Positions 36,754 through 38,459 of a DNA stretch of 38,459 nt are shown piece after piece. The stretch is from positions 1-38,459 of the IMG/VR virus record IMGVR_UViG_3300044954_000145. One strand, 5' to 3'. Each line of letters starts with the position of its first letter. The first letter of the stretch is position 1. The notes beneath the pieces were generated by a model. That model saw only the letters and a program-made list of their open reading frames with translations, made no database searches and was not told the origin of the DNA. This stretch comes from a virus. Lineage: Duplodnaviria > Caudoviricetes. A program made the position numbers and the translations under genes.

Positions 36754-37689
36754 ATGGCAGACCAGACCTTGCGCGAGGACGTGTGGGAATCAGACCGGTT
36801 CCTGGACCTATCGAACGACACCCAGAGGCTCGCGTTCCTGCGCCTGCTGAACGTCGCCGACGACTACGGCAACCTCGAAGCCAGCGGTCGCCGGGTGTTC
36901 CGGATCCTGGCCCGGTGCATGCACGTCAAGACCGAACAGGACGCGGCAAACATCCTTGCTGCACTGCACGATGTTGACCTCATTCGCATCTACGAAGTGC
37001 CCGATCAGGACCGGGATGGGGTGCCGATCGCGGGGGCCCCGGCCCGCAGACTTATCCACATACCTCGTTTTAGGTGCTTCCGCCATTTCAAGGTCCGGAA
37101 GGTCGCCCCGAGCCCCTGGTGCCGCCCCGAGTTGGATGGGCCCAAACAAATCCGGGCGCCAAAACAAGGGCTTGCAAAAAATGCAACAGTTGTGCAGCAG
37201 TTGAGCAACAGTTCTGCAACAGGTGTGCAGCAGTTGTGCAACATGACCGAGTTAGAGTTTGAGTTAGAGAAGAGAAATCATCTCGCATCGCCAGCGGTGG
37301 AAACGGAACCTCCGGCGGAACCGTCCGCACCGCAACAAGCGACGAGACAGGGCGAGCTTGCAAAGCAACTGCGAGAGCATGGGGTGACGGCAACGCCAGG
37401 GCACCCAGTGGTGATCGGGCTCGTGAACGCAGGCGTGACTGTCGAGCAGATCGAGGAAGCGGTCAGCGTGGCGAGGAACTACAAACCGGCGCCGACACCG
37501 ATCCCGATCAACTACTTCAAATCGGTCATGGAGTCGGTGCTCAACCCCAAGCCCCAGGCGGACAAGTGGTGGACGACGGACGAGGGGATCGATCGCAAGG
37601 CACGCGAGGTCGGGATCCAGGCGACCGGCTACGATTCGTACGCCTCGCTGGCGGACAAGGTTTGGGCTAAGATTCGCGCAAAGCGCTGA
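36754..37689 (+). CDS. Phage replication initiator protein (lambda O-like architecture)
   Basis: N-terminal F..LS...RL.FL.LL..ADDYG winged-helix motif, internal iterons, helical C-terminal domain. Confidence 0.75.
   Translation: MADQTLREDVWESDRFLDLSNDTQRLAFLRLLNVADDYGNLEASGRRVFRILARCMHVKTEQDAANILAALHDVDLIRIYEVPDQDRDGVPIAGAPARRLIHIPRFRCFRHFKVRKVAPSPWCRPELDGPKQIRAPKQGLAKNATVVQQLSNSSATGVQQLCNMTELEFELEKRNHLASPAVETEPPAEPSAPQQATRQGELAKQLREHGVTATPGHPVVIGLVNAGVTVEQIEEAVSVARNYKPAPTPIPINYFKSVMESVLNPKPQADKWWTTDEGIDRKAREVGIQATGYDSYASLADKVWAKIRAKR
37182..37269. repeat. 11-bp tandem iterons (TGCARCAGTTG x5.5) plus GAGTT(A/T) hexamers; likely replication origin
   Basis: TGCAACAGTTG, TGCAGCAGTTG, AGCAACAGTTC, TGCAACAGGTG, TGCAGCAGTTG, TGCAACA at 37182-37243; hexamers at 37249-37269. 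Confidence 0.8.
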
Positions 37690-37701
37690 CAGGAGGGTGT
37701 C

Positions 37702-37929
37702 ATGGATCTCATGGGGACGTACACTCGCAAGGTCGACGGCAAGAAGCACTCGATGGACCTTGAGTGGAAGGACCTCGACGAGGAGCGCTTGTGGGATCTC
37801 GTCGAGCGCGTAGGCGATCGAGTCGCGGGTGCGAAGACCGCGCTCGATGCCGAGCGATGGGCGAAGACGAAGAGGTTGGCGGAGCGGCTCGCGTTGGAGT
37901 ACGACAAGCGCAGGAGGGGCGGACGATGA
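37702..37929 (+). CDS. Hypothetical protein
   Basis: AGGAGG SD. Confidence 0.65.
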   Translation: MDLMGTYTRKVDGKKHSMDLEWKDLDEERLWDLVERVGDRVAGAKTALDAERWAKTKRLAERLALEYDKRRRGGR

Positions 37930-38189
37930 GCGATTTGTGGATGGTCGTGAGGACGTGCTGCAAGCCGTCGCGGGAGTTCATCGGGATGGTGTTCGAGGGA
38001 AAGGTGATCGGCCCTAACGCGCGATCGTGCCCGATTTGCAAGCACGTGCATCGTGGCGATTACGTGCAGAAGATCGGGACGCAGGGCATCATTCCAAAGA
38101 TTTTTCTCATCAAGCTACCGGGCCAGAAGGACATGGACCACTACGACGAGTACGTGGACCTCAAGACGAACGCCGGGGCGCCTGCGTGA
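37926..38189 (+). CDS. Small Cys-containing hypothetical protein
   Basis: ATGA overlap; CC and CPIC motifs. Confidence 0.55.
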   Translation: MSDLWMVVRTCCKPSREFIGMVFEGKVIGPNARSCPICKHVHRGDYVQKIGTQGIIPKIFLIKLPGQKDMDHYDEYVDLKTNAGAPA

Positions 38190-38459
38190 AGGTGCCAGCG
38201 AAGACAGCGCTCGCGACCGTCCCGCGCAACAAGCCGGCGTTGTACACGCCGTGGCTCGGGGCGGAGATCTGCGCTGGCCTTGCCGAGGGCCGCACGCTGC
38301 GCCAGATCTGCCGATCGTCCTCGATGCCGCATTACTCGACCGTGCTCGGTTGGGTGGACGACGATATCGACGGCTTCCGGCGCCGCTACCATGAGGCACG
38401 CCGGCACGGGGCGGAGCAGTTGTTTGAGCAGATGCTTGAGGTCGCGGCGAACACCTCCG
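38186..38459 (+). CDS. terS: Terminase small subunit (Sf6 gp1-like), 3'-truncated by window
   Basis: GTGA overlap; translation YTPWLGAEICAGLAEGRTLRQIC...MPHYSTVLGWV....FRRRYHEARR..AEQLFEQMLEVA. Confidence 0.85.
   Translation, partial: MKVPAKTALATVPRNKPALYTPWLGAEICAGLAEGRTLRQICRSSSMPHYSTVLGWVDDDIDGFRRRYHEARRHGAEQLFEQMLEVAANTS

Larger units (their letters stand above)
1..38459. mobile_element. Near-complete podovirus-type phage genome
   Basis: Full set of packaging, head, tail, lysis, recombination and replication modules; the window ends correspond to adjacent terS and terL genes. Confidence 0.9.

Overview
The window is a nearly complete genome of a GC-rich, podovirus-type tailed phage or prophage. 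It starts inside the terminase large subunit gene and ends inside the terminase small subunit gene, so probably only that junction is missing. The plus strand (1-26.9 kb) carries packaging, portal, scaffold, an HNH endonuclease, major capsid, tail adaptor and nozzle, ejection proteins, a 3189-aa polyvalent protein, tail fibre and lysis genes. The minus strand (27-34.9 kb) carries RecT/YqaJ recombination genes, a DUF932-like gene and many small early genes. After a divergent control region (~34.9-35.4 kb) come a sigma-70 region-4 regulator, a replication initiator with iterons, and TerS. No integrase, tRNA or CRISPR array was seen. Main highlights: (1) the giant protein is a string of effector-like domains separated by a recurring P-x-[VI]-[LM]-G-like linker, suggesting a processed polyprotein; (2) a near-perfect chromosomal parS site lies inside that gene; (3) the major capsid gene appears to start at ATT; (4) three families of repeated hairpins sit upstream of early genes. 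All family assignments come from motif recognition and gene order, not from database searches.
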